DNA of 64,000 bases from assembly GCA_965287045.1 (NCBI GenBank), contig OZ336889.1, positions 19,530,001 through 19,594,000 on the forward strand, given 5' to 3'. The stretch is from Carcharhinus amblyrhynchos (lineage: Eukaryota). The notes beneath the pieces were generated by a model. That model made no database searches. It had not been told where the DNA came from and saw nothing but the letters and a program-made list of their open reading frames with translations. Position numbers and translations under genes: made by a program. Positions 36,839 to 49,925 of this stretch are shown here, piece by piece (position 1 is the stretch's first letter; every line of letters starts with the position of its first letter).

Positions 36839-37560
36839 GGGCAGAATTCTCCCGAGTCCCCAGTAACGTTGTGGTGGTGGGAATAATGGGTGAATATGAC
36901 GGGTGGGTCAGAAATTGGTTTCACGCCTGCGTGAATCTATAGCAGGACCTGCCTCTAGTGCCCACCATGGCGGCTCGGAAGACCCGCTAGAGGATAGCTC
37001 AAACCTTATTTGCATCCCGTCAGTGGGATACAGGTGAAGGCCCCGCTCTCTCCCCAGAGTCCCTGCAGTGCCAGCAGGAGAACACACCAGCAGGAGAACA
37101 CATTCATACAGCATGATGTTCAGACTCCTCTGAACAATGCCTGGAGTTGCCTGTAAAGTTCAGGATGGAGCACTGGACCCTGGAACACCAGAGCAGTGGG
37201 CAGGTGAGCATCTAAAGGTGGACCTGCCAGATTCAGTGTCCCGAAGAGGGTCCATTTTCCAGTCTGAATGTTCCTGGAGCTCCACCTTCATTCTCAGGAA
37301 GTCCACCTTACAGTCTCAGAGCGTGCCCCAAGATCTGTCCAGATGTTCAGGAGGCCCACCCTCTTTCTTTAATAACGAATCAGTGAGTTGGACACCTTTA
37401 CAGTATGGCACCCAGATATGATGGCAGACTAAGTGCCATCCAGACCTGTCCTCCCACTGGATACAGCAGGGCCAGAAGATTTGGCATATTTTCCTGCCAG
37501 CCATTGCAACAGGAAACACTCCGCATTCCTGCTCCCGCCAGAATTGGGAGAATTCTGCCC
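36839..37560. mobile_element. Non-autonomous PIF/Harbinger-type element (722 bp)
   Basis: Perfect 15-bp TIRs GGGCAGAATTCTCCC / GGGAGAATTCTGCCC; AAA on both flanks as a possible 3-bp TSD. Confidence 0.8.
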
Positions 37561-37832
37561 AAAGACTTTTTATTCAAGCATGCTAGGGAGATGCAGCTTG
37601 GTTCTTCTGGGTGCCTCTCTGACCCAAAGGCTGCGGAACATATTTATACCTCTTGGTTATCATATTTCACTGAAGGAGCAGATTGCAGATTTCCCTGTTA
37701 CCTTACTGGGAGGATGACTCAAGTCAGTGATCAAATCCGCCTAGTCTGTGCTTCTTAGCACACTTTTGCTCACCCATCCTGTGAAAGTTATTAGGTTTTG
37801 AGATTGTTAGTTTCTCATACCGTCATGCCTCA

Positions 37833-38140
37833 GGGTGGCCTGGTGGTACAGTGGTCAGCATTGCTGCCTTAAAACCCCCCGAGACCCAATTCCGGCCTCA
37901 GGTCCCTGTCTGTGGAGTTTGCACATTCTCCCCGTGTCTGCATAGGTTTCCTCCGGGTATTGCGGTTCCTCCCACAGTCCAAAGATGTGCGCGTTAGGTG
38001 GATTGGCCATGCTAAATTTCCCCTTAGTGTAAGGGGGATTAGCACGGTAAATACATGGGATTACAGGAATCGGGTGGGATTGTTGTTGTTGGTGCAGACT
38101 CGATGAGCTGAGTGGCATTTTTCTGCATTGTGGGGTTCAA
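37833..38140 (+). mobile_element. HE1-type V-SINE
   Basis: Head, V-domain and tail. Confidence 0.85.
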
Positions 38141-39062
38141 TGTGTTGCCTACATTTTCTATGTTGCTGGAAAAGAGTTCTAATAACTATTCTTATCTACT
38201 TTAAAAGCTTTTAAGGCTCTTACCTACTTCAAAACTATTGGCCATCTCCATGTCAGTCTTAGTGTTGGATTATTGAACTGGTGTTATTTGTAAATTGATG
38301 ATGGTCACAAAATATTAGCTTGATGCTTTTATTTATAATGCTGCACAGATCCTGTTTATATACTGTACTGTAGTTCCAAGATGAACTTATTTCTATGGAT
38401 CACAGAACCCACTGCAAGCAGTGACGTACTATATCAGCACAGGGCTGCAACATCACTCTCTCCTCACTTTTTCCTTCCTGCTGTCTAGAGGCACATTCTT
38501 CCAACGTGCCGCGATGTTACAATCCTGAGGTTCTGTGCTGAGGTTTCTCTGGGAACGATGAACGACGGCAACCACAATAATCCTTACACAGCACAGCCTG
38601 CCTGGAACAAAATACACCATCTTTACTGCAAATCAAAGCCCCAAATCATAGGTTATGTAAATCACCAAACTGAGTAGGAATTACAGCTGGCAAGCTTGAT
38701 CTTCCTGGAGTGGAGGTTGGGTTTTGAAGAGTGGAAATTTGTGCAGAAGCAGCAACAGGGGCTGCTGGTTTCCAGCATCCAGACTCTGTGGTGTTCCACT
38801 CGATCAGCTGTGCAGAGTTAATCCAGACATCCTCATACACTCCAATAATCCCCAATTATCCTCCACGCATCAGCCAGTCCTGGAACATATATAACACACT
38901 CCGAGATACCCCACACCGTTCACTAACACACTGATACACCCACACAATTCACTGTAACACTTTCCAACAAAAATCAAACCTTCCATAACACTCCTGTAAA
39001 TCACACTCACCCCACAGCTATATCCTCCAATATTCCCCACAATTATGTTGGTGTCAAAATGC

Positions 39063-39365
39063 ATGGACAGCACAGTGGTTAGTGTTGCTGCTTCACAGCA
39101 CTTAGGACCCGGGTTCAATTCCAGTCTTGGGTCACTGTCTACCCCCCTCCAGCCTCATGTCTGTGTGAACTCCTCCGAGCGCTGTGGTTTCCTCCCGCGG
39201 TCCAAAGGTGTGCGGGTTAGGTGGATTGGCCATGCTAAATTGCCCTTAGTGTCAGGGGAACTAGCAGGGTAAATACATAGAGTTACAGGGTTAGGTGGGA
39301 TTGTTGTCAGTGCAGACTCGAAGGGCTGAATGGCCTCATTTTGCACTGTAGGATTTCTATGATTA
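39063..39365 (+). mobile_element. HE1-type V-SINE
   Basis: Head, V-domain and tail. Confidence 0.85.
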
Positions 39366-39954
39366 TCTTACCTGCAGGTTATATTCAAAAGTAGCCAAAT
39401 CAGATGACAATGTACAAAAGTCCAACTGGTCATCGCTCACTCTTATCTCCACTGTATATGACTAATGCCTCTCCATTAGTCATAGGATTGCATAAGATAT
39501 ACAGCACAAAAACAGGTCATCCAGCCCTAGTATCCCCCCCGCCCACTGACCTTCGCCCACCCCACTGCCCTTCAGCCACCTCACTCACCACTTGTTTCCC
39601 TCACCAGCCCGGTGCCAGCAAGCTGAACCCACTGTAACTCCAGCTGCTTGACACTGGGGGCTGTTACAGTCCCAGCAGCAGCAACTGCTCTTGGTGGTGC
39701 TGCTGGAACCAGGGAACCGCCGGCCATTTGATTAGCCAGAGGCGTTCCGAGGCAGGATTTGCTGCTCACACTGGGGAGGAAGTCACACCTTAAACCAATT
39801 AAGGGCCTAATGGCCATGAAATACCTGCGATAAAACCCTCCAGAACAGCAGCGCGCTCACCCCTGACTTGTTTTTAATCTCGTTTCTGGCACCATCTCGT
39901 AAAGCATCAGGAGATCACACGTTAGTAACAGCTCAGCTCCACAGCTAACATTTT

Positions 39955-40124
39955 CATAGAATCCCTACAGTGCAGAAGGAGACCATTCAGCCCATCGTGT
40001 CAGCACTGACCACAATCCCACCCATTCCTATCCCCATGGCCCCATGTAATTACCCTGATCGTCTCCCTGACACTAAGGGGCAATTTACCAGGGCCAATCG
40101 ACCTAACCCGCACATCTTTGGACT
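39955..40124 (-). mobile_element. HE1-type SINE 3' half
   Basis: catagaatccctacagtgcagaagg...cacatctttggact. Confidence 0.8.
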
Positions 40125-40427
40125 GAGTCATGCACAAGCATCTTCATCAGTCCCTCCCTTAGACATCGATTTCTGACTGGTGCATCAGCTTGGAGTTCTC
40201 CCTCGGGTACACTGTCCTGCACATGTACATAGGTATACACACATCTCACTCTTGTACACACATGCCACTTTTGACCCATGCATGTTTTACTGAGATACGG
40301 ACAGACAGCACACTCTCAATTTTATATTTTATCCGTAATTAGGAAATACGCTCAGTATTATTAGTATTAGTATTCAGTAGTATTTACTCCAGACAATGGA
40401 AGTTTATAGTTAACTGTTTATATCTCA

Positions 40428-40590
40428 ATTGATTTGATTTATTATTGTCACATGTATTGACACACAGTGAAAAGTATTGTTTCTTGCACGCTATAGGGAC
40501 AAAGCATACTATTGATAGAGAAGGAAAGAGTGCAGAACGCCATGTTACAGTCATTGCTAGCGTGTAGAGGAAGATCAACTTAATGCAAGA
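40428..40590 (-). mobile_element. Rex1/Babar 3' tail
   Basis: Reverse complement of the tail at 30675-30835. Confidence 0.8.
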
Positions 40591-40631
40591 TTGCAGATGT
40601 TAGGTTGTGTATAATGTTGATTATGTGCAGA

Positions 40632-41105
40632 ACAAGTCTCACAAAACCAGGTTAAAGTCCAGCAGGTTTATTTGGAATCACGAGCCATTTGAAGAGCTGC
40701 TCCTTCAGGGCAGTGGAGGTGGGTTCACAAACACAACATATATATGCAAAGACACAATTGCAAGATAATTATAGATTGGAAAGTGAAGAATGGTTGGGCT
40801 GCGAATCTTTACAGATAATCAAGTCTTTACAGGTACGAACAGTGTGCAGGTTAAAGAGGTGTGAATTGTCTCAAGTCAGGGCAGTTAAGTAGGATTTTGC
40901 AAACCCAGGCAGTATGATGGGGGTCACAAGTAGTGTGACATGAACCCAAGTTCCTTGTTGAGGCCGTCCTCATGCGTGTGGAACTTGGCCATCAGTTTCT
41001 GCTCAGCGATTCTGTGTTGCCTTGTGTCTTGAAGGCCGTCTTGGAGAATGCTTACCCGAAGATCGGAGGCTGAATGATCTTGACTGTTGAAGTGCTGATG
41101 AATAG
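40632..41105 (-). mobile_element. Penelope-like element 3' end with GIY-YIG C-terminus
   Basis: HQHFNSQDHSASDLRVSILQDGLQDTRQHRIAEQKLMAKFHTHEDGLNKELGFMSHYL; terminal sequence as at 22700. Confidence 0.88.
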
Positions 41106-41149
41106 GGATGAATAGTGTGTGATGCGGCCAGATCTTCAGATATATAAAG

Positions 41150-41435
41150 AAAGAATTTCTATCTTGTACTTTATCAAAGCTCTCTGAAACATCCCCATAA
41201 CTTTTCACGTCCAATAAATCATGTCCAAGTTCCTGTAGCACGGGTAAATGCAGTAGCATTCTCGTGTTTACCCAGGTGCCACGAACAACAATAAGATGGA
41301 TGACTGGCTAATCTATTTTTGGGATTGTTGGCTGAAGAAGGAGTATTGATTTGGACTGCTGAGGAACTTCCTGCCATGAGATCTTTATGCACCCCTGAAG
41401 TAATGGAACAGGCCAGCAGAGCCTTGCTTTAATGA
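41150..41435 (-). mobile_element. Deu-domain SINE (SacSINE1/AmnSINE1-like), degraded
   Basis: Resembles the recalled Deu-domain in reverse complement (gttggctgaag...tattg..ggac...gaact...gccatgagatcttt..cacccctga) preceded by its tail region. Confidence 0.55.
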
Positions 41436-42366
41436 CTGTGCAGCATCCGACTTTCTCATCTGGATCCAGTTAGAGTTGGATTCTGTGCCAGGAATGAAAC
41501 CTTGCAAAATCAGCCCTCTTGTGTTTACGGTTTTTTTTTGTTCCTTCTAATTCTGAGAGGAATTGTGTCAGATTTTACTAGTTGTTTGCTGTAAGGTTGT
41601 ATTTACATTACAGCCTTACAGTGCAGTGATCTCCATCTTTCACCAATACAAAGCAGGAAGTGTAAATTAGGGATTGGGGCCTAACTAGGCTTTGACACAG
41701 TTTCAAGTAGGATTCTTGGATATGGGACACCTATCTGACTTCCATGTTCAGGTTTTAACAGCGTGGATTTTTCTCTTCTGGCTCTGTAAATATTTAAGTT
41801 TCTCATTTTTGTTGGAAGACTGATCTGAATGTGAGTGGATAGACCTGTTGCGGAATTTACTTTTCTTGCTACTGAAATTGGTTTTGATGTGGTGCAGTAT
41901 TCTAGGAATCCTGGCCATTTATGGACTGCTGTAAACACATGAAAACCAGCTCCTTGGTTGCCAGCACCCCTTGTCGTGCGCTGACGTACCTGCAACTGTG
42001 TTTTCCCTCGTACGGTATTCCCAACTTAAAGCAGATGTATGCAGTATCTGAGATGAGGCTGGCTTCCAGGCATGAGCGATCTGTTTTGCCCTGTCCTGTA
42101 TGTACCTTCTACGTGCAGGAGCAGACCCTGAGATTTATGTCAGTATTAGAAAGGAGTGAAGTTTTCCTTTTTCAACTATTTAACTATAACAGGGGAAGGT
42201 CGGGGGGAGGAGGTGGTGTGGTGGGGGTGGGGGGAGTGTGTTTGCTGGCGGCAGGAGAATCAAGTGGGAGTTCCCCATGTCAAACTCCCAGCTTTGGGGA
42301 AATTGACCCCAAGTAAATTGGGAGTAGGGGAGACCTGCCCTCTGGTGGCAGGATGTCAATTATAGC

Positions 42367-42570
42367 GTCATAGAGCTATACAGGACAGAAACTGTCCCCT
42401 TCGGCCCAACCGGTCCATGCTGACCAAGGTGCCCTCCCCGCTAGCCCCAGTTGCCTGCTTTTGACCCATATCCCTCTAATCCTTTCCCAGCCGTGCACTT
42501 ATCCAAACACTTTTTAAATCTTGCTATTCTACCTGCCCCAACCACTTTCTCTGGCGGCTCCTTCTATATA
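42367..42570 (-). mobile_element. CR1 3' end
   Basis: gtcatagagctatacaggacagaaac..cccttcggcccaac tail; ccaccactttctctggc. Confidence 0.75.
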
Positions 42571-42775
42571 TGCATAATTAGATGCATTAATGAGCTTCTT
42601 GAGAACAATTATCACTGATCCATTGGAATTTAGTGATGGCTCAGAGATTTATTTAATGGGAGGACTTTCCCAGTCCTCCGTTCTCATGGCAGGGGGAGGG
42701 GAGGCCCCTTGTTGTCAGGCCCGATTGAGGGAGTCAGCATTGGGAAGGGTGTGCTCACGGAAAACACCCCCCCCC

Positions 42776-42778
<3 letters not shown>

Positions 42779-42820
<42 letters not shown>
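42779..42820. repeat. (CA)n microsatellite
   Basis: Directly visible. Confidence 0.97.
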
Positions 42821-42824
<4 letters not shown>

Positions 42825-42830
42825 TCTCTC

Positions 42831-43172
42831 AGAGTCATAGAGATTTACAGCATGGAAACAGGCCCTTTGGCCCAACTTCTCCATGCCGCCCATTTTTTGA
42901 AATCCCTAAGTTAGTCCCAATTGTCTGTGTTTGGCTCATATCCCTGTATACCCATCTTACCCATGTAACTGTCTAAATGTTTTTTAAAAGACAAAATTGT
43001 ACCCGTCTACTACTACTAGCTTGTTCCAGACACTCACCACCCTCTTTGTGAAAAAATTGCTCTTCTGGACCCTTTTGTATCTCTCCTCTTTCACCTTAAA
43101 CCTATGCCCTTTAGATTTAGACTCCCCTACCTTTTGGAAAAGATATTGACTATCTAGCAGATCTATGCCCAT
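42831..43172 (-). mobile_element. CR1/HER1 3' end
   Basis: KSKGHRFKVKEERYK...NFFTKRVVSVWNKL; tail agagtcatagagatttacagcatggaaacaggccc. Confidence 0.85.
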
Positions 43173-44314
43173 CACTCCCTGGCCCTTGCCACCAAACCAC
43201 CTCTCTCACCTGTGCCCAGGAACCAAATGGACTGGCAGCTCCCGGGTGGGAGATTGCTGTTCCCCCTGCGGGCTCAATTGTGTAGAAGGCCCGATGCTGG
43301 CCTGAGGGCACTTAGACGGCTTTGGGCCTCCAGCACAGAAGCAATATGGCTCCCACCAGTTTGTCAACAGGTGGGGGAACCCCTGTCGCTCGCACTAGAT
43401 CCTGGCCTATGTACATGTAAGAATTCATACAGCTACAGCAGGGGCCATTGATCAAAATAGTCAAGGGGATGTATTTGTCGAGTATGATACGGATATGCAT
43501 TTACAATGTGTGGGGATGCCGAGAGCAGAAAAATCTGTACATGAATGCGACTCCTCCTCTTTTGGAGGCTCAGAGCAAAATAAATCATTTACTACCCTGA
43601 AGGGAACTTCAGCCCTCGTGTAATGGAATGTTAAGTTTCCATTTAGATTCACATCATTAACGAGTGATGTACATCTGTGCAGGCTACAATTGAATGAAAA
43701 CATTAGTGTAACTAATATGGTATGAAGGAGATATTTAGAGAGACATAACACCTGTTTTAAATTACTCTAAGCTACATCCATTCAATATGTAAGCCAAGTT
43801 TTTACCTTCTCACCACAGTGCTGGGGCCACATATTTAGCAACATTTCCTTTGTTGGACGCAGTTTCCCATGTGTTGGTCACTCAGTGAACCGATCCTGTG
43901 TTTGGATAGCCAGTCCCTTCTTGTCTCCGCTTGCTCTAACACACAGTCTCCTTCTACGCTATTGCGCACACCTTCTTTCTCCTTTTACCCAACCATCAAT
44001 GACAATTTGTTCATCTGTTGCACTTCTGGCCCCTAGAATTCTTTCCACATGTCCGTGTGCAACATCGCTGCTGCTTTCAGGAAGTTTCTCTGGAGTCAGA
44101 CTTCAACATGCAACATACCAACTCAGAGATGACAGCCTTATTATTTATTGATACTCGCATCTACTATCTACATTAACTGTCTCGTAATCAAGCTGTTTGC
44201 TGTTAGCAAGATGCAGGGAGCTGCAGATACTTAATTACTCGTTATCATGGTCTCTGTTTCAATTTTTCTAACTTCTTTCTTGAAGATTCTAACTCATGCT
44301 ACATGCTTTTAAGC

Positions 44315-44607
44315 TTATTTATTAGTGTCACAAGTAGTTGTACATTAACACTGCAGTGAAGTTACTGTGAAAATCCCCGAGTCATCACACCCCAGAGCCT
44401 GTTCGGGTACACTGAGGGAAAATTTAGCATGGCCAATGCATCTATCCAGCACGCCTTTCAAACTGCGGGAGAAAACCGGAGCACCCGGAGGAAATCCACA
44501 GAGAGAACGTGCAGACTCTGCACAGATGGTGACCCAAACCAGGAATCGAAGCCTTGGCCCTGGCGCTGTGAGGCAGTAGTGCTAAACACTGTGCCACCAT
44601 ACTGCCC
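44315..44607 (-). mobile_element. V-SINE type B
   Basis: Type B tail, V-domain and head. Confidence 0.87.
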
Positions 44608-45094
44608 TGTGTGCCACTGATGCCAGTACAATTGGTAAAGCAGGCAAATGACCGTATTTGTGAATGTCACTTGATTATTTAGCAGACAGTAACAGCCAAA
44701 CCTCACTCTGTTTTTATCTCATTGTGCTGTCTGACTCTTTTATCCAAACACTCAGCAGATACACATGGATCTATTGCAGCAATCATCACAAGATAGCAGT
44801 CAAAAATGGAAACCAGAGTTGATTTATTTTCTGGACCGGGCCAAAAGCATTGAATGCCAAATGTAGCACGATTAAATCAATACAGGCCAGATTGGAACCT
44901 GCGACAATCCTGCGAATCTTGGCTCCGTATCAGACAGGTTACTGTGCTCTCATATTTAGCCTTCAGGGCAACCTTTTCATCTGAAGTGCCAGTTTGGCTT
45001 AGTTGATTGTATTCTTACTCTGAGTCGGGCTATTAAGTTGCAGTTGTTTTCTCTGATTTGCTTTGTATTATTTTCTAAATAATAGGATGAAAAT

Positions 45095-45275
45095 CTTATG
45101 GTACAGTGGGTAACATTCTTACCTCTGAGCCAGAAGCTCTGGGTTCGATTCCCACTCCCAGACTTGATGGTGCATTCATAATGTAGCCAAACGAGTTGAT
45201 GGTCAACCAGTAAACCCTTTGTGATACACCTATGGCCTGCAGGCGATGAAAGGAGAGCCTCCTGGTCAGCCATCA
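45095..45275 (+). mobile_element. tRNA-derived SINE, fourth family
   Basis: A box tggtacagtgg, B box ggttcgattcc; body unlike the other SINEs in the window. Confidence 0.55.
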
Positions 45276-46024
45276 CAATGTGGCAGCTGCAACACAACAT
45301 CTTCCCCATGTCAAAAGATGCTGCACACAGGTTCTTGCCAGGAGCTGTGCTGCATGGCAAGCATTCTCCCTGCGCTGAGAGATGGCCAAGGAGAAATAAA
45401 GAAGATGCATCATGTTCAATTGAGGTATTGTAATGCCTTTTCCTGACTAGTAGTCTTTAGTTATTGATGAAAAGTGAGAAGGATGGTAGGAACAGTTTGG
45501 GTGAACAATCCACCGTTACTCGACAGGGCTTGCTTCCTCTCTCTCACGGTGCCTCAACAATGAGGAGCTTGATGTGGGGTACAGGATTTGGCCACTCAAA
45601 CCTGCATGCCATTTGGTGAGATCATGACATGTTCTGTGATTTAACTCCACATATCTGTCTTCGCCCTATATCCCTAATACCTTTGGTAAATAAAAATCTA
45701 TTAAATTAACAATTAATTTATCATCATTATCAATGGAACAGAGTTCCAAACTTCTGCCACTCACTGTTTGTAGCAGTGATTCCCAATTCCTTTCTCGGAA
45801 GGTCTGACCATGATTTTTAAATGATGCTTCTTATTCAGAAGTTCTCCAAGCAGTGGAAGTAGTTTCCCTGTTTGCCTTAATATCTTGGAAACATTCATCA
45901 AATGACCCCTTTAATCTTCGAAATTGCAAGCAATGTAATCAAAGTGGGCGGCATCTCTTCTAATATAACCCTTGACTTCCAAGTATCATCATAAATCTAT
46001 CTTGCATTTGTTCAGTGCCAATAT

Positions 46025-46320
46025 AGAACCATAGAATCTCTAGAGTAGAGTGCAGAATGAGGCCATTCAGCCCATTGAGTCTGCAGCAACTCTCCAGAAG
46101 AGCATCTTGCCCAGACTACTCCCCTGCCCTATCCCCATAATGTTGAAAATTTGCCACGGCTAATCCATCTAAACTACACATTTTTGGCTGCTAAGGGGCA
46201 ATTTAACATGGCCAATCTACCTAACCTGCATATCTCTGGACTGGGGGAGGAAACCAGAGCACCCAGAGGAAACCCACGCAGACGTAGAGGGGGACGTGCA
46301 AATTCCACAGACGGTGACCC
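46025..46320 (-). mobile_element. HE1-type V-SINE lacking head
   Basis: Tail and V-domain present. Confidence 0.82.
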
Positions 46321-46359
46321 ACTATAATCTTCCTAAGATTGTGTTTAAACTATTGAGGA

Positions 46360-46740
46360 GGGAGGTGGTGGCTTAGTGGTATTGTCTCTGGATCAGTAAA
46401 CCGAAGACCCAGGGTAATGCGTAAGGAACCCTTGGCTCAAATCTCACCATAGCAGATGGTTAAATTTGAATTCAATGAAAACCTGAAATTAAAAGTCTAA
46501 TGAAGACCATGAAACATTGTTGATTGCTGTAAAAAGCCACCCGGTTCATTAATGTCCTTTAGAGTGGGAAATCTGCTGTCCTTACCTGGTCTTGCCTACA
46601 TGTGACTGCCAACCGACAACAATGTGGTTGACTCGCGCGAGAGTGTGAGGGCACGCAGATCGATTGGGGGTGGGGGGCCATGAGGGATGGGAAATCCAGC
46701 CAGTGAAGCCCACATCCCATGAATGAATGAAAACAAAAAG
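46360..46740 (+). mobile_element. tRNA-derived SINE, third family
   Basis: ggaggtggtggcttagtggtatt head ... cccacatcccatgaatgaat tail. Confidence 0.8.
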
Positions 46741-46795
46741 TATTGGCAGGATCCCTGGTTGGTCTAACCAGGACTTTATGTAACTGTAGCAAAAC

Positions 46796-47220
46796 TGAGT
46801 AGACTGGGGCTATACTCATTGGAATTCAGAAGAATGAGGGGAGATCTTAGAGAAATACATAAGATTACGAAGGGAATAGATAAGCAGGGAAGTTGTTTCC
46901 ATTGGCAGGTGAAACTAGAAATAGGGGCATAGCCTCAAAATAAGGGGAAGCAGATTTAGGACTGAGTTGAGGAGGAACCTCTTCACACAGAGTTGTGAAT
47001 CTGTGGAATTCCCTGCCCAGTGAAGCAGTTGAAGCTACCTCATTGAGTGTTTTTGAGGCAAGCATAGATAAATTTTTGAACAGTAAAAGAATTAAGGGCT
47101 ATGGTGAGCGGGCGATAAGTGGAGCCGAGTCCATGAAAAGATCAGCTATGATCTTATTGAATGGTGGAACAGGCTGGAGGGGCCAGATGGCCTACTCCTG
47201 CTTCTAGTTCTTATGTTCTA
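46796..47220 (+). mobile_element. CR1 LINE 3' end
   Basis: LGLYSLEFRRMRGDL...NLWNSLPSEAVEA; tail ttcttatgttct. Confidence 0.9.
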
Positions 47221-48011
47221 AAACATCCACTGCTTCCCTCCTCCCACCCCTCCTCAATATTGTCTTTACATGTTCATGTTCCTAGCTTTAACCATTTAGA
47301 AAGTATCCTGTTCTATCCTTCTTAAGGTCCAAAGTGGATGACCTTATATTGGCCTATATTGAAATTCATTTGTAATTTGATGCTTTTATCTGCTCTGCTT
47401 GCAATGCTGCTGACTTCTGTGTCACTAGCAAAGTTCAATATGTGTTTCCCAATCCATCACCTAATTCATTGTTAAATATAGTGAGTGAGGTCCAATACAG
47501 ATCCTTGCAGAACGCCACTCGGCACATCGTACGAATTGGATCTTCAATCTGTGAGCTTTAACTTTACCTGACAGTCCTGTATGAGGATTAAGTAAATGCC
47601 TTTTGGAAACCCATTCAGCCGCATCCATAGACACACTTCAGGTCACCTCTTCACACCAGATCAGCAAGTAGAATCTACCCTTCAGCAAATTCATTCTGAG
47701 GCTTCCTGATCAGCTGGAAAATTTAAACGTGTTCAGTCACATTATCCTTGTTATAAGAATTACTGGACAAGAAACTTTCAGCTAACTGGTAATTCCCTGG
47801 TTACTCTCTCATTAAAACATGGAGTGATACGCACAATCTTCCAATCTGTTCCTAAATTGAGAAAATTTTGGATGATTGGATTTAGGATATCGCCGAAATT
47901 CTCAACGACATCCTTTAAAGACTTTGGATTTGAAAATATCTGGGGCAGTTGAGGGAAATAGGGGAGTTGTCACTCTTTTTAGTATCATTATTTTCTTTAT
48001 TACTGTTATCT

Positions 48012-48242
48012 GATCCAAGATGGCACCAGAGTGTGGTGACTTCTTGCAAGCTGTGTCCTGCATATCTTCTAATTCTATGCTTTACTGTTGTTCTATGCAT
48101 CTAAAACTTTATTCTAACTCTCAAACTCACTTAACAATGCACTATTACAATCTTTTCCTACCTTGTATTAAGTTGATCTTTCTCTACACCCAAGCTATGG
48201 CTGTGACACTACATTCTGCACCTTCTTTCCTTCTCCCCTGTG
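48012..48242 (+). mobile_element. Short element with CAAGATGGC head and Rex1/Babar tail
   Basis: CAAGATGGC at 48016-48024; 48165-48242 matches the Rex1 tail (ttaagttgatctttctctacacc...cattctgcac). Confidence 0.5.
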
Positions 48243-48243
48243 T

Positions 48244-49925
48244 AACATAGAAACGTAGAAATTAGTAACAGCAGTAGGCCATTTGGTCCTTCGAGCCTGC
48301 TCTGCCATTCCATTTGATCATGGCTGATCATCGAATTCAATATCCTGATCCCCCTTTTCCCCAGATCTCTTGATCGCTTTAGCCCCATGAGCTATGTCTA
48401 ATTTTTTTCTTGAAATCAAACAACGTTTTGGCCCCAACTACATTCTGTGGTAGCGAATTCCACAGATTCGCCACCCTCTGGGTGAAGAAATTTCTCCTCA
48501 CCTCCGTTCTAAAACGTTTACTCTTTAACTTCAAACTATGACCCCTCGTTCTGGACTCCTTCACCATTGGGAACATTCTTTCTGATTCTATCCTATCTAA
48601 TCCTGTTAGAATTTTATAAGTTTCTATGTTTCTGACTTTGTCTCTCCTCATGTGACAGAGCTGCTATATCAGCCTGGTAAAACTTTGCTGTAGCAAGCAC
48701 ATCCTTTCTCAGATAAAAATACCAAAACTGCACACACTACTCCAAATGTGGCCTCACCAACGCCCTATACAGTTGCAGCAAGACATCCCTACCCCTCTAT
48801 TCAAATCTTCTCACTATAAAGGCCAACATGCTATTTGCCTACTTTACTGCCTGCTGTACTTGTGTGCTTACTTTTAGTGACTGATGCACAAAGATTCCAA
48901 GCTCTCATTGAGTATTCATCTTTCTCAAGTAATAATTCAAGTAATAATCGGTCTTCCTATTATTGCTACCAAAGTGGATAACCTCACATTTATCCACATT
49001 ATACTGCATCTACCATGCAGATGCCACACACTCAGCCTGTCTAAATCACACTGAAGCATCTCTGCATCCCCCTCACAGCTCATCCTCCCATCCAACTTTG
49101 TATCATCTGTAAATCTGGAGATACTACATTCAATTCCCTCTTCCAAATCATTAATATATAATTTGAACAGTTGGGGCCCTAGCACAGATCCTTGTGGAAC
49201 CTCATTAGAAATTGACTGCCATTCAGAAAAAGACCTATTTATGCAAACTCTTTTTTTCCGATCTGCTAACCAACTTTCTATCCATCTCAAGACATTACCT
49301 GCAATCCCATTGTGCTTTAACTTCACATTGATGCCTGTTATGTGAGACCTTGTCGAAAGCCTTCTGAAAGTCTAAATAAACCATGTCCACTGGTTCTCCT
49401 GAGTCAACTCTACTAGTTACATCCTCAAAAAATTCCAATAGATTTGTCAAACATGATTTCCTTTTTGTAAATCCATGCTGACTTTGCCTGTTTATACCAC
49501 TGCCTTCCAAATGCCGAGTTATGAAATCCTTAATAATGGACTCCGGCAACTTCCCCAGTACCATCAATAGGCTCACTGGTCTATAGTTCCCTGTTTTCAC
49601 CCCACCTCTCTTTTTGAATAGCAGGCTTACATTAGCTACCCTCCAATCTGTAGGAACTATTCCAGAGTCCAAAGAATTTGGAAAATAACCACCAATGGAT
49701 CTACTATTTCCAGGGCAACTTCCTTAAGTACTCTGGGATGAAGATTATCAGGAGCTGGAGATTCATCCACCTTCAATCCATCAATTTCTCCCAAACCTTT
49801 CTCTACTAATGCTAATTTCCTTCAGCTCCTCACTAAAACATGTTTCTCTCAGCACTTCTGGTACATTATTCATGTCTTGCTTTGTGAAGACTGAAGCAAA
49901 ATACAAATTTAATGTTTCTTTTGCT
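48244..49925 (-). mobile_element. CR1/HER1 LINE, 5'-truncated, RT domain with frameshifts
   Basis: NYRPVSL, QHGFTKRKSCLTNLLEFFE, YLDFQKAFDKV, VPQGSVLGP, FTDDTKL and NFFTQRVANLWNSLP spread over separate frames. Confidence 0.95.

Larger units (their letters stand above)
45600..47990 (-). mobile_element. Old CR1 LINE fragmented by three younger insertions
   Basis: Minus-strand CR1 3' region at 45600-46020; RT motifs (GVLQGSVL, FQKAF, FASDT) at 47400-47620. Confidence 0.65.
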
